Source: Porphyridium purpureum
Lineage: Eukaryota
DNA length: 64,000 nt
Assembly (NCBI GenBank): GCA_008690995.1
Contig: VRMN01000004.1
Location: forward strand, 868,001-932,000
Direction: 5' to 3'
This document shows positions 43,468-54,441 of this stretch, in pieces. The position numbers and the translations under genes were made by a program. The notes beneath the pieces were generated by a model. The model saw nothing but the letters and a program-made list of their open reading frames with translations, was not told the origin of the DNA and did not search any database. Every line of letters starts with the position of its first letter. The stretch's first letter is position 1.

Positions 43468-43984
43468 AACGCACACCCTTGTTCTGGATCCCTACCAATT
43501 TTCCGAAACTCTAGCTTTGAACAGAGCCGAAAGAGAAAGAGAGCGAGGTCAATTTGCAATATGATACCGCAGTCTTCCTTCACTTGGTTCCAACAAAAAC
43601 AAAAGTGTAGGACAGTGCGAAGGACCTGCAAACCTTTTCCTCATGTAGACGACTGGAGTCGTGCTTCCGGATTCGGAAGTCCCGGAGCACCCTGAAGACG
43701 CCAACTCTGACGAGTTGGAAGATTTGCTTACAATGTATCTCCGAACGGAATCCAGTCTCCCTTTCGTTTCCTTTTTCGGGTTCCTACGTTTTTCTTTTCC
43801 GGTGAATATGTGCACACCGCGAGTTTTTCCAATGCTTGCACGAGCTTCTTCTTTACTGTGTGCCTTCCCGTCTTGCCTGGCGGTGCGGCTACATAAGCGC
43901 ATGAGCCAGTACCATTGTCTAGAACTCTCTTTGCCTCCCTATTTCAGCCAAGGGGAGTATTCAAAGAGCATAGAACACGTATAT

Positions 43985-44088
43985 TGAGGAAATCAAGCAG
44001 ACTTCTCGCGGACAGTCCGCTCAAACGATCGCCGCCTGCCGCAGTTAAAGGCGTTCTTCTCTCCTTCCTCTCTCTTTTGATTTCCTCG
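43985..44088 (+). repeat. Candidate short 5' LTR (104 bp) of the degenerate Copia
   Basis: TGAGGAAATCAA (43985) and TTGATTTCCTCG (44077-44088) form an 11/12 terminal inverted repeat; no second copy in window. Confidence 0.45.
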
Positions 44089-47000
44089 TTGCCTTAGTTG
44101 TCCACCTTTTGTAACCCCTTGTGGACGACTTCTACGGTCTTTTTTTTCTTTTTCTTTTTCTTTCTTTTTTGTGCACATGTACTTTGTGCCGGCTTGAATT
44201 GGCGCACCAACGTGCCCGTGACGGACTGTTAGGCCGTTGAACCGCTGAACCTTTACCATCTTTTGTGTCCTGTGACAGTCTTCCGCTTACCAAATGTCGC
44301 ATTCTTCCGTCACGAGCAAACTAGCGCCTACTGCCTTTTTCAGTATCAAGATGACGAAAAGGTACCACAAGCAGAATCCTTACAACGCTACAAGCGCTCA
44401 GACTCGCTCGGTTATGAGCCCAGCATTTGGCTACGCAATGGAAACAATGAACCGAGACCCGCTCTCCCCTCCGCCAACAGATAGTACCCGCGACCTGTCT
44501 GGATGGCGTCGGGCCGTCGCACAGTGGAACGAATTGCATAATTTGGCCATGAATTCGACAAATGCTCAGCGCCGCAAAACAGCGCTTCCGCAAGAAGAAT
44601 GAGCATCCCATCAGCAAATGGTGCGTATCGGCTTGGCGCATGGGCTCGCTGACAACCTGTCTCTTGGCCAGCTCCAGTAAGGTTCTGGCCTTCAACTGCT
44701 GATGGGCATGTTTGATCCGCCAAACAAACTTAGTTGTGCCTTAATTCGTGCCCGTCTTATGTCTGACTTATTTCGCCTGTACCGCAATCGTAATGAAGCA
44801 TTGCTACCTTTCAAATACCTCTTTGACGCCTAGAACCAGCAAATGGGGCGCGAAGGCATCAATTTGACACCCCTGGACGAGCTGCTTGGCCTCAGACTGT
44901 TGGACGCTGCCAACTTGAAACCTGAGGAAAGCAACACCATTCTTTTCACAGCCATGCAAGCGTGTGGAGATACGGATTCTGCTCGCACATTGAAAGCAAT
45001 GCAGATCACCTTGCTCTCTACGCGAGATACATCCCAGAACTCTGTATCCTGCACGACGGAGAGTAAGGGGCCAAGCCCCGCTTGCAAGTAGGCTTACCAT
45101 TGGTCTTTGCGCCACCGAAAGCGTCCGAAAAACCGAAAAGACAATGCGTCAAGAAAGGAAAACAGACCACAGGATCCGGTCGAGTCAACGCAAGCAAAGA
45201 CCACCAATGGTTTGTCGTCTGGCACATTGTCCACGACCGCCAGCAAGTTGCTCACGAGCAATCTATCGAACGTGACCTTTGCGTACGCAGCCAGACCGCA
45301 TGCACTCAGTCATACTCACGCCTTGGTTAGCACTGGCGCAGCAAAGAGCATCATTGGCTACATGCAAGCAGCGAAGATTGGAGCCACAATCCTCGAGCTT
45401 CGAGAGAATGGTCCCCAGCTGCACCGTTTTGGCTCTGGCACGGCAGCTGGTGCTTTTACCAAGATTATCGAACGAGCATGGGTTCTCGTGACCGGTACAA
45501 TCGATATGGAGTTCTTCATCATTGAAGGCTTATCACCATGCATTATCGGCAATGATGTTCTTCAGGACGCTCGCATTCAGAATCAGACGATTCTGGTGGA
45601 AGACGAGTCTATTCCTACACTCACAATTGGTGACTTGCAGTATATCAACATTACCCACGCGGCACAGCATGCAGTCAGCAGTACGACCCAGGCTCTTCTG
45701 GATCCCGCTGATGCCGTCCGTCGTTTACATGCCCGTACTCATCATCGTGTGGCAGACATTGAGACTATTCTTCTCCGTGCCGGCGAAATCAGTTCACCTC
45801 TCCAGCCAGAGCTCCGGGAGCTGCTCGAGAAGGAAGTCGAACACTGCAATTCCTGTTTTCGGACGGTATTGCCTCAGCCGAACCGCAAGGCAAGCTTCTC
45901 CCCTGTTGCCGCTCATTTCGGCGAGCGTGTGTCGATGGATGTTGTCTTCTTGAAGTGTGTTTCGCACTCTAAGCCGGTTCTTCACCTTATCGACGATGCT
46001 ACGGCCTACAGCGAGGTCTACCCGCTCAAGTCGCTGCACGACTCTTCCATTATGCATGGCATCGCACTTGCATGGATCGACAGACATGGACCTCCTGCCA
46101 TCCTCAAAGCAGACGCAGCATTCGCGGGGCGAAAAGTACAGGCGTATGCTACGGCTTCCGACATCCAGCTAGCCATTTTGCCATCTCGCCGCCATCAGAA
46201 GATGGGCATTGTCGAGCGAAAGAATCGCGAAATCAGAAAGCATTTTCATCGCCTGCAAGAAAGTGTGCCGTCTTCTCGACGAGAAGCGGACTTCGTTGCG
46301 CACGTCGTTAGAGCTGCTTTTGTCAGCAACATTGCAAACGGACCCGTGTTGCCTCGAGTTTTGAAATGGCGCGAGGATATACTCCAGTAATTGGTACCGA
46401 CGGACTATACCCTCCACTACAGCCGGAGCTGCGACGACGCGAGCAGCGCCGTCAGGCTCGCCGACGTCTAGCCGCTATCACCCGCACGCAACCATTGAAC
46501 CATGAGGACGCACTCTCGCTCACACCCGGCGAACAGGTGTACGTGTATATCAACGACAAAGGCAAGGCTAAGACGCCAAGCGCTTGGCGTAGAGCCAGTG
46601 TTGAGGCCGCCGACGGTACTGGCGTGCATGTCCTCGACCACGGCAACCGTCGCTTTGTTGCGCTTGAGGACGTCGAAAAAGCGCCAATGTTTCAACCATT
46701 CGTTGGTCGAGAATACAGAGACTCTAGCGACACAGATGACCGCACAACCAATGATCAATCTTCGGACAGCAGCGACTCCGAGTCACTCGACGACCAAAAC
46801 CAGAATAACCATGAAATAGACCTGCTTGCCGCTCGGTACAACACGACCGACTTTCGGTTGCTCTCACCGCGTGGAACGAAACGAACAACGATTGACTATC
46901 CTGATGCTCCGGAGCCGTCACCATCTAACGATGATGTTCGACGCAGCGTGCGCGCCCGGCGTCCTACCCAACGCCTTATCGAAAGCATGATGGCTCCTTC

Positions 47001-48235
47001 TCATCCGGAGCTCTCTCGTTTGCTCATGCTGTTTGGCAACAAAACGTTTGGCCAAAACGCCGCTCTGAACTCCGGGTGTTCACCTGCGCTTTTCGAAGCC
47101 GCGCTGAAAACGGAAATGAGCAAATGGGAAAATCAGTATACCGTGTATTCGCGCAAGGAAGTTCCTGTTACGGCAAACATAATCGGCAGTCATGTACTGT
47201 ATCAAGTCAAGGACACCGATCCCGTTGACGACAATGCCGCCGAGCTGAAGTTGAAGGCAAGACTATGCCTGTGGGGGCACAAAAATCAGGAAAAAGACTC
47301 CATCCGGGGCGACGCTCCAACCCCTCCGCTCGTCGCAATTCGTTTGGTCCTGGCCTTGGCGGCCGCTTTTCCAGCTTTAACTCTTGCTAAGATAGATGTC
47401 ACTGGGGCCTACCTGCAGAGCGGACCAATGGACCGGACAGTCTTCGTTCGACCTCCGCAGCATTTGAGCCAAGGAGATGTTTTGTGGAAACTCACCGCAA
47501 AGCCCTATGGCCTTAAAGATGCTGGGCGACAATGGCTTCTTCGCAGTGACGCAGAAATTCGAAGCCTTGGACTGGTGCAGTCCAAGCTTCTTCCGCAAAT
47601 CTTTTTCGGAAAAGTACTGGTAGTCAAATATGTTGATGACTTGCTTGTTCTCGGCGAGGAGGATGATGCTGAGAGTTTCCTGACCCGGTTTGCAGAGCGA
47701 TTTCGCTCGTCTCCTCCTGTGACTAATCGCTTCTCTTACATTGGCTGTGAAGTGTCACGCAGCAACCAAGGGGTATCTATTGACATGACTCGCTATCTGG
47801 AAAAGATTCAGAGTGTGTCGGTACAACGCAGACAGGATACAGTGCCCCCTTCCGCCATGCAGCTCAGTCAGAAACTCGCCGGGTCAATCAACTGGCTTGG
47901 TCTAACGGTCTCCCCTTTCGCATGTTTTACCGCATCGTACATCCAGCAACAGTTGCCTTATCGGTACAAATACTTCGAGATATCAGTGGAATTGCGAAGG
48001 AGTTGATGCGTACGCCAGCCAAACTTTTGTACAAGGAATCATTCAGTTTCGCAACAGCACACATCCTCGTTTACTCGGATGCAGGCTTCCCATTTGGAAA
48101 GAACGTGGTGTATACGGAAGCAGCCTGAGTCCTGCCGTTGGCTGACGAGCAGAACCATGCTCTCCTCCTCGATTGGGAGAGTAGCAAATCTAAGAGGGTA
48201 ATCTGCAGCCCTCTCCACGCTGAGGTGCGTGTCTT
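43985..48235 (+). mobile_element. Degenerate Copia (GalEa-like), cut within RNase H by a Gypsy LTR
   Basis: Stops and frameshifts (about 44600, 46370, 47970, 48120); PR VSTGAAKSIIG; IN SMDVV, LIDDAT, WIDRHGPP, GIVERKN; RT LKARL, DVTGAYLQS, YGLKDAGRQW, YVDDLL; RH VYSDAGF and DWESSKSKRVICSPLHAE. Confidence 0.85.
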
Positions 48236-48531
48236 TGTTACCAATGCTGTGCCTTTTTACTCTCTCTCTCTCTCTGCCTTTTCTGTCTCCGAGCAAGACC
48301 TGACCGGCTAGTCCGGGCAGGCGCGCCGCCTTTTTATACCCTTACTTCCGCCAGGGACAGCAAGGTGCCAAGAGAAATGACAATGCAAATCATTGGCATT
48401 TCTGTGCAAGTCTAGAAGGTTTTGGAACCTCTAGAAGCTTCTAGAAACGGTTAAACGGTCTACCGGTTTAACGGCTTACCGGTTTCGGATTAACTGAACC
48501 GTTCTAGGTCACTGGGGTCGAACGGATAACA
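48236..48531 (-). repeat. Solo Gypsy LTR (LTR-A, 296 bp) with non-matching flanks
   Basis: Homologous to 54022-54322 and 59194-59474; TGTTA...TAACA; flanks GTCTT / CTTAA. Confidence 0.95.
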
Positions 48532-50525
48532 CTTAATATGACGAAGGCTGTGCTTCAACGGTGCGGACGATACTTTGTGCGGTGCATGACACGACGATAG
48601 CATCACTTCTAGTCAGACGACACAGCAAAGCAGAAATTGTGCATTACAAGCATCGCGAATTCTGCAAACTTTCTAAGAGCTTGCACTCTACTAAGTTTGC
48701 ATCGAAGGAGGTTATATTTTTGTTCTTGATCGCTATTGCGAATTTTCTCGTCAATGTGGAATACGGAGAGCAGTTGGCGACTTCATTTGAAGTTGTCCGA
48801 GGATTTGCGCTACTATCGCGCTAATTCTCTCAACTGACAACCAATACACGCGCTCCTGAAAAGGCACGTCGGAACAAGCAAGCAGTCAAAGGTGTTGCTG
48901 GTAACCCGTCTGAGAAACCAACAGCTATAGGAGCTGGGTACACGCTCAATCAGGATGCACCACTTCTGAAATACGGCTCACTGCTTACACCGTAAGTCAG
49001 CCTTGTGCGGCTCATTCCGTTCTATTCGCGCATGCATTCGCCTATATAAGGGTGCCCCGTGACAGAAATCTTCTTTTCTTCGCTCTTCTAGTCCTCTTCC
49101 CCCTTAAGGGGAGTCACAGTAAAAAGAAACATATCGAGTTGGCAAAGAACAAGCGTCTGGATTTTACGATATGGAAACAGCCAAAAAAGGCACACTGAGG
49201 TCTGGACGTGTCGAATTGAATGTTGATATTTTGAATCGCTAGCTAGGAGATACCGCTCGTGCTTGCGTCAAGGAATCCGCACTTGTGCGAGGCATGTCAC
49301 AAACTTGCCTCATCAAATCTCTTGACGGTGCGAGATCTACCTTTGTGAATCCCAATACCAGGAAACTTCGATTCGCTACCATTGCAGGCCTCCGCGTCGA
49401 CTCTCACGCCAATTCTTCCACCATCGAAAGTGACTATAAAAATGATCATGACGAAATGATCAGGTAGATCAGGAAGAGGAGATGAATTCCAACATGGTTG
49501 AAAGTAAAATCAAATTCAACGGCCGCGAGAAAATTGAATCCAACGAAAGTGACACTTATTCCCTGAGAGATCACAAAAAACTAAGAAATGAGAACCATGG
49601 AGATTGAGTGATTGAAGCTGGCCAGAGCCTCATGGCTTAACTTGATTGCGACTCGGTTCGCAATCTGGATCTTCAAAATCTGAGTCTGAGCCTGAGCACA
49701 CTTCTCCACATTGCGAGAAAAAGGAAGCAAGGAGAGAACTGCCGGAAACGAAAATATCGCAAAAACGACAACGGTGACGTATGCATCTGTATTTTCGCAG
49801 AGTCCGTAGGAATGTAGTTGTGCTGGTAGATCTCGTCTTCTTGGAAGTTTGCGCTTCTGCTCTCATAGACTAATTGAGATGATAATCGCAATATAAATGC
49901 GATCTGATATTGCCAAATCACACAGCATCCATCGCGAACTTCCCTTTTTATGCCACTCAGCAATTAATTCTGGGATTGAACCAAGTATCACACAGAAAGC
50001 ACTTCATGCAGAACTCGATGAGTAGCGGAATGGCCCGTATGATGAAGTCTCACGTCTCAATTCCTGCGAGATCAAATAATATGGGATGACACATGGTGTA
50101 GAAAATGAATTTTGAAACTCAACAAGTGCTGAAACTTCAAGCTGGGCCGGTGTCGAAAAGTAACCGTGGCAAAGACAAACAGTGGCTGTTGAGAGATGCT
50201 TTCGCTCCACGGATAGCCGCATTGCGCCTCGTCTGCATGACCCCACCAATTCATAAGTACTTAATTTACAAAATTGACCTACGAGAAACTTAATTGAAAT
50301 GTGGCCGCAAGGACCGAGACATGTATGTGCGACCGCGTCCTAAAACATCAGGTTGAAATACTGTGCAAACTGCATGCAAAAACTCACAGTCACATTGGCA
50401 CAGGAAGACACTGGCTCTTTGCCGGCGAAGAAGATTTGGTAGAAATGGGATTGCAGCGACTGTCGCGAGCGACCTGATGCAGGTCTCAGTACAGCGAGTA
50501 CGCAGAGGTACAGTCCCAAAGTGTA
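48532..50525. repeat. 2.0-kb duplicated non-coding segment, copy 1
   Basis: Colinear with 59475-61468 at constant offset 10943; about 15 substitutions seen by eye. Confidence 0.97.
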
Positions 50526-50775
50526 AACAGTCCATAACCGTGTTTTTAGGGTTACTCGCCCGTTAATACTCCCGTTAATACTCTCCACTAATGCGGAGAT
50601 GTAATTCGTTAATACTAGAATCCTTAACCGTTAAGGATTTTAGGGTTCCTCGTAACCATTTGGTCTGACTGTACCTCCAGGGACAACAAGTTTTGTTTTC
50701 TACGCCAAAGAATTTATTTTTTTGAATTTACTAATATTTAATATTTTTCAACCTCCTGTACCCCGTCTACATGGA

Positions 50776-53700
50776 TCATTCTGTGCTGTGAGCGTGGTCA
50801 CGGAATTGACTCGGTGACCACGTCAATATTGACGGCACCTGGTAAGTATTAAGCGGCCCCGTCACCGAGCCGTGGTTCGCATATGCGATGGCCTTCTTGG
50901 CAAGGTACCACGCGATCTTCATGTCGTCCGCCAGCTCTGGGTATGTTCTCATATGAGCAGCCACGCCTTGTCCTGTCCTGCACTCGTCGCATACGCAGAG
51001 CTCTCGCAGTGGCGGCGGTATTAACCCGGTGCCGCCTTCCTGCAGCGAGACCAAATGATCGCTTAGTGCCTGCCGCATGCGGAGCTTGGTTTCCGACACG
51101 AAGTAATCGCACCAGCAGCGAGCCCGCTGTCGCTCATATGAAAGGATATCCTCCATCATGCGCTGACCCGGATAATGCCGGATATACCCAGGTCGCCACG
51201 TACTGTTCATATGTTGGCACCAGGGCAAGTTCGGCGGGTGAGGCCAATCTGGGCTCGAGCCAATTGCCTGTACGACCGGTCGGATATCCCAGTACATGTT
51301 GTACTCGTTGACGATATCGTCCCACACAGGAAATCGGCGCGTGTCCAGAACGTCAAACGCAAGCTTGCGGGATATTCCATACGGCCTGCGTCGATTTCCA
51401 GGGAAGTACTCCAGCAACTCCTGGATATCCTCCACTTGCAAAGCCATCTGGCGAGCCCGGGCCCGGCGCATTTCGACGAGCATTATGCGCACAATATTGT
51501 GGCATATGCTGTGCGCGAAGTGGCGCCGCGCCTGGCCTGCTACCAGTTCGACGAGCGGTGGGTTCGTGGATATCCGCCACCTGCCCGGTCTTCTGGGTTC
51601 GGCGATGCAGCCGGCTAAGGCAGCAAAATCTGTGACGTGCCATGTTAAAAGACATCTCTCCATATGGTCGACGAAAGCGTCCGAGAAGCCTTCCGTACAG
51701 ATTGCGCCGGCAAAAAGGAAGGGCGCGAATGCGTAATTTTGTTCGCATATGCGGCAGACGCCAACGGCCTTCCTGCACAATTCGCACATGCTATAATTGC
51801 GCATGAACCTGTCATCCACGTGAAAGTTCGACAGTTCTATGCTGTACATGTTCGCCACCTTAAAGGCATATGTCATGCGCAGGCAGCTAGTGCATGTCGG
51901 GTGCAGGGTCGTGCACTCGTAGATGAACTGGTCTGTCACCGGAAATTGACAGATCAAGCAGTCTTGGATATCCACGTGTGCGGACGCGGGAAGTGCACGC
52001 ACAGCTGCTGATATCGGACTTCGCACGATGTCCACATCGCTCCAACTTTGGCTGGCCGCTGGCAATCGCATATGCCCATAAGTACCGCCTGCGAGGCTGG
52101 ACGTGCGGTACGTTTGCGGGGCAAAAGGCTCCTCAACACGGGTGCCATGTGGCGTGCGCGGCTCGGATGGGCGTGGTAGCATCTCCGCCGCACGTTCAAG
52201 GCCCCTCTGCAGCTGCCAGCCATCCACCCACAATCGCCTGAGCATGGCGACCCAGACACTATATGGCGCGGACCCCCCATACTCTATTGATCGCACATTA
52301 GATGTGCACTGGTGTCCGCGGTACATATGTCTTCGGGTCACGTTGCCAGATAACCATTGCACCCACACGCTGCTGCTCCCCCGATCCCAGGCAAAGGCAG
52401 TCTCTTGCGCCTTCCAATACTGGATTGCTGCCGTGTCGAGCTCGATGGATGCTGCGTGCGAGGCTGCATCAATATTGAGGTCTTCAGGAAGGCCAAAGTT
52501 GATCCTGCTACCTCCGTGCTCCATATGGAAGCTGCCAAACACCTTGGCAATGGCTAAGTCCGTGTCCCTCGGTGTGGCATGCAGTTCGGGCAGGTCGTCC
52601 CACAGGTAGTCATGCGTCACATGTGCGAATATTCGATTGTGCGCCTCTACCGTGTGGTCCCATAGCTCAATGCCCCATTCCAGGATGTTGCCCATGCCGA
52701 CATCGAAGCGTGGTGCGAGTAATTCTGGGACGTGCGTTCCATCTGGATTTATCGCGTCCCGGAACGCATACAATTGCGTCCTCGCAATCGAAGGCCAAGC
52801 ATACAGCTGAGCGCTCCGCAGCCGTGCTACACATATGTCGACGGCGTGCCGCTCGGAGTAGCGTGGGACGGTATAAGTCTGCCCATCTGCAGAAATCTGC
52901 TGGGTCGGGACATTTTCCATCCTGAAGGCTTCGCGCAGCCGGCGCCCATGATACTCTGTATGGTGTGGCGGCCAGCGAAACACCCTTTGCGGCTGTTCAT
53001 CCATCTCGGTGGGTCCATATGGGAAGACCGACCCCGAGTAGTCAGCGGATACGACACGGCTCCGGAGCTCTTGGACCAAGTTTCGCATATGCGCAAGAGC
53101 AGCATCTCTGCCAAACCATATGGTAGCATACGTGCTGATATCGAGGAGCGTTGTCGCAAAGTCCATCATCACGCGCACGGCGCGGATGCGTTCTAAGCGC
53201 GCCAAGCATCCCTTCGGGAACAATTCGTCACCGTCTCTTGCCCTGCGCGGACGTGTCGGCATCGTCTCCACATGGAGCCTTGGGCCTTCGTGGACGAAGA
53301 TGACGGCCGGGTATCCTGTTGTGTTGCACGGGCATGCAATATTGCGCGGCAATTGAGGAAGCCGATAAGCGTTGCGAGTAAGCCTCGAGATGCGCTCCAC
53401 CGCATCATCGTGGCCGCGAACCACCAACGCAGCATCATATGATGGCGCACCGTGCGCAGCAGGCATAAGCGTGCGCAACTGGTAAAAATGAGCATATGCA
53501 CTGTTCCAGCCGTCACTTCGTGTCGGCTTTGGGCTGAGCTCATATGGACCAACGGTTGTCAGGCGGCGAGGCCATTCGCACCTCTGCTTCAGCAGCCACG
53601 CCTCCAAGTCTAGACTCTCTTGAATGCGCGCACGTCTCGGATATCCGAGTGCACCTGCGTCAGTGCGCCTGCGCTTATGTCCATATGACAGCTGGCGCGG

Positions 53701-53988
53701 AGCACTTTGGTCGGCAATTGCGCCCGTGAATTCGTCATATGACCACGCAAAGAGGCGTTCCGTGCGCTGCGCCGCCAGAAACATGCGATACAGTGCCACC
53801 TCCCACTCTCCCATATGAGCTGAATAGTGGTGCTGCCCATATGGGGTTTCTGCGATCCAGTGGGCCACCGTGACGCCACCACGTAGACACTTGAGAGCTC
53901 CAACAATATTGCTGAAGTACATCAAAAACGCATGGCTCACTGCGATGCCCAGGTGCGCCTCGCGGGCTCCGATATCGGCGTGAGACAT
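50776..53988 (-). CDS. Orphan 1070-aa protein with C3HC4 RING finger and extra Cys/His clusters
   Basis: Uninterrupted 3.2-kb ORF; CLIC-x11-C-x3-H-x2-CTSC...CELC then CRIC; HKRRR NLS-like; AT-rich 3' region with AATAAA (minus strand, 50718-50713). Frame stays open into the LTR, so the N-terminus may be truncated. Confidence 0.75.
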   Translation of the reverse strand: MSHADIGAREAHLGIAVSHAFLMYFSNIVGALKCLRGGVTVAHWIAETPYGQHHYSAHMGEWEVALYRMFLAAQRTERLFAWSYDEFTGAIADQSAPRQLSYGHKRRRTDAGALGYPRRARIQESLDLEAWLLKQRCEWPRRLTTVGPYELSPKPTRSDGWNSAYAHFYQLRTLMPAAHGAPSYDAALVVRGHDDAVERISRLTRNAYRLPQLPRNIACPCNTTGYPAVIFVHEGPRLHVETMPTRPRRARDGDELFPKGCLARLERIRAVRVMMDFATTLLDISTYATIWFGRDAALAHMRNLVQELRSRVVSADYSGSVFPYGPTEMDEQPQRVFRWPPHHTEYHGRRLREAFRMENVPTQQISADGQTYTVPRYSERHAVDICVARLRSAQLYAWPSIARTQLYAFRDAINPDGTHVPELLAPRFDVGMGNILEWGIELWDHTVEAHNRIFAHVTHDYLWDDLPELHATPRDTDLAIAKVFGSFHMEHGGSRINFGLPEDLNIDAASHAASIELDTAAIQYWKAQETAFAWDRGSSSVWVQWLSGNVTRRHMYRGHQCTSNVRSIEYGGSAPYSVWVAMLRRLWVDGWQLQRGLERAAEMLPRPSEPRTPHGTRVEEPFAPQTYRTSSLAGGTYGHMRLPAASQSWSDVDIVRSPISAAVRALPASAHVDIQDCLICQFPVTDQFIYECTTLHPTCTSCLRMTYAFKVANMYSIELSNFHVDDRFMRNYSMCELCRKAVGVCRICEQNYAFAPFLFAGAICTEGFSDAFVDHMERCLLTWHVTDFAALAGCIAEPRRPGRWRISTNPPLVELVAGQARRHFAHSICHNIVRIMLVEMRRARARQMALQVEDIQELLEYFPGNRRRPYGISRKLAFDVLDTRRFPVWDDIVNEYNMYWDIRPVVQAIGSSPDWPHPPNLPWCQHMNSTWRPGYIRHYPGQRMMEDILSYERQRARCWCDYFVSETKLRMRQALSDHLVSLQEGGTGLIPPPLRELCVCDECRTGQGVAAHMRTYPELADDMKIAWYLAKKAIAYANHGSVTGPLNTYQVPSILTWSPSQFRDHAHSTE

Positions 53989-54021
53989 CGGGTCCGACGC
54001 GGCCGTCTCGTCACGGCGCAA

Positions 54022-54322
54022 TGTTACCAATGCTGTGCCTTTTTTTACTCTCTGCGTCTTCTTCTTACCTCTTCTCTCTCCGAGCAAGACCTGACCGGCT
54101 AGTCCGGGCAGGCGCGTCGCCTTTTTATACCCTTACTTCCGCCAGGGACAGCAAGGCGCCAAGAGAAATGACAATGCAAACCATTGGCATTTCTGCGCGC
54201 GTCTAGAAGGTTCTGGAACCTCTAGAAGCTTCTAGAAACGGTTAAACGGTCTACCGGTTTAACGGCTTACCGGTTTCGGATTAACCGAACCGTTCTAGGT
54301 GACTGGGGTCGAACGGATAACA
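54022..54322 (-). repeat. Gypsy 3' LTR (LTR-B, 301 bp)
   Basis: Adjacent to PPT; TATA-like GGGTATAAAAA on minus strand at 54132-54122. Confidence 0.97.
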
Positions 54323-54336
54323 TCTCCCCCCCTCTT
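54323..54336 (-). other. Polypurine tract AAGAGGGGGGGAGA
   Basis: Abuts the 3' LTR. Confidence 0.95.
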
Positions 54337-54441
54337 GGCTCGACGTCTCGGCGAGACTTCAAACTAAGTTGCATTCTTGGCTCGAGGAACCCGCGCTCCG
54401 GGAGAAAACCTCTGCCTAGCAAACTTCTCACAATACCCAAG

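Noticed and set aside
37711..43902. Host gene interrupted by the Copia insertion
   Set aside because: Rejoining the flanks at the TSD gives only a short minus-strand frame with a nearby stop and no recognisable motif
44600..44602. TGA as a third gag readthrough site
   Set aside because: Lies early in gag and is followed by further stops and frameshifts; simple decay is sufficient
49040..49120. TATATAAG, pyrimidine tract and CCCCTTAAGGGG palindrome as a solo LTR or piggyBac end
   Set aside because: No matching opposite terminus or TSD identified
48532..54021. LTR-B to LTR-A interval as a non-autonomous LTR element carrying the RING gene
   Set aside because: No PBS after LTR-B, no PPT before LTR-A and no TSD; recombination explains the layout better
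53989..54087. First 33 codons of the listed 1103-aa ORF
   Set aside because: Non-ATG start, and 54022-54087 lies inside the Gypsy LTR; first ATG is 53988
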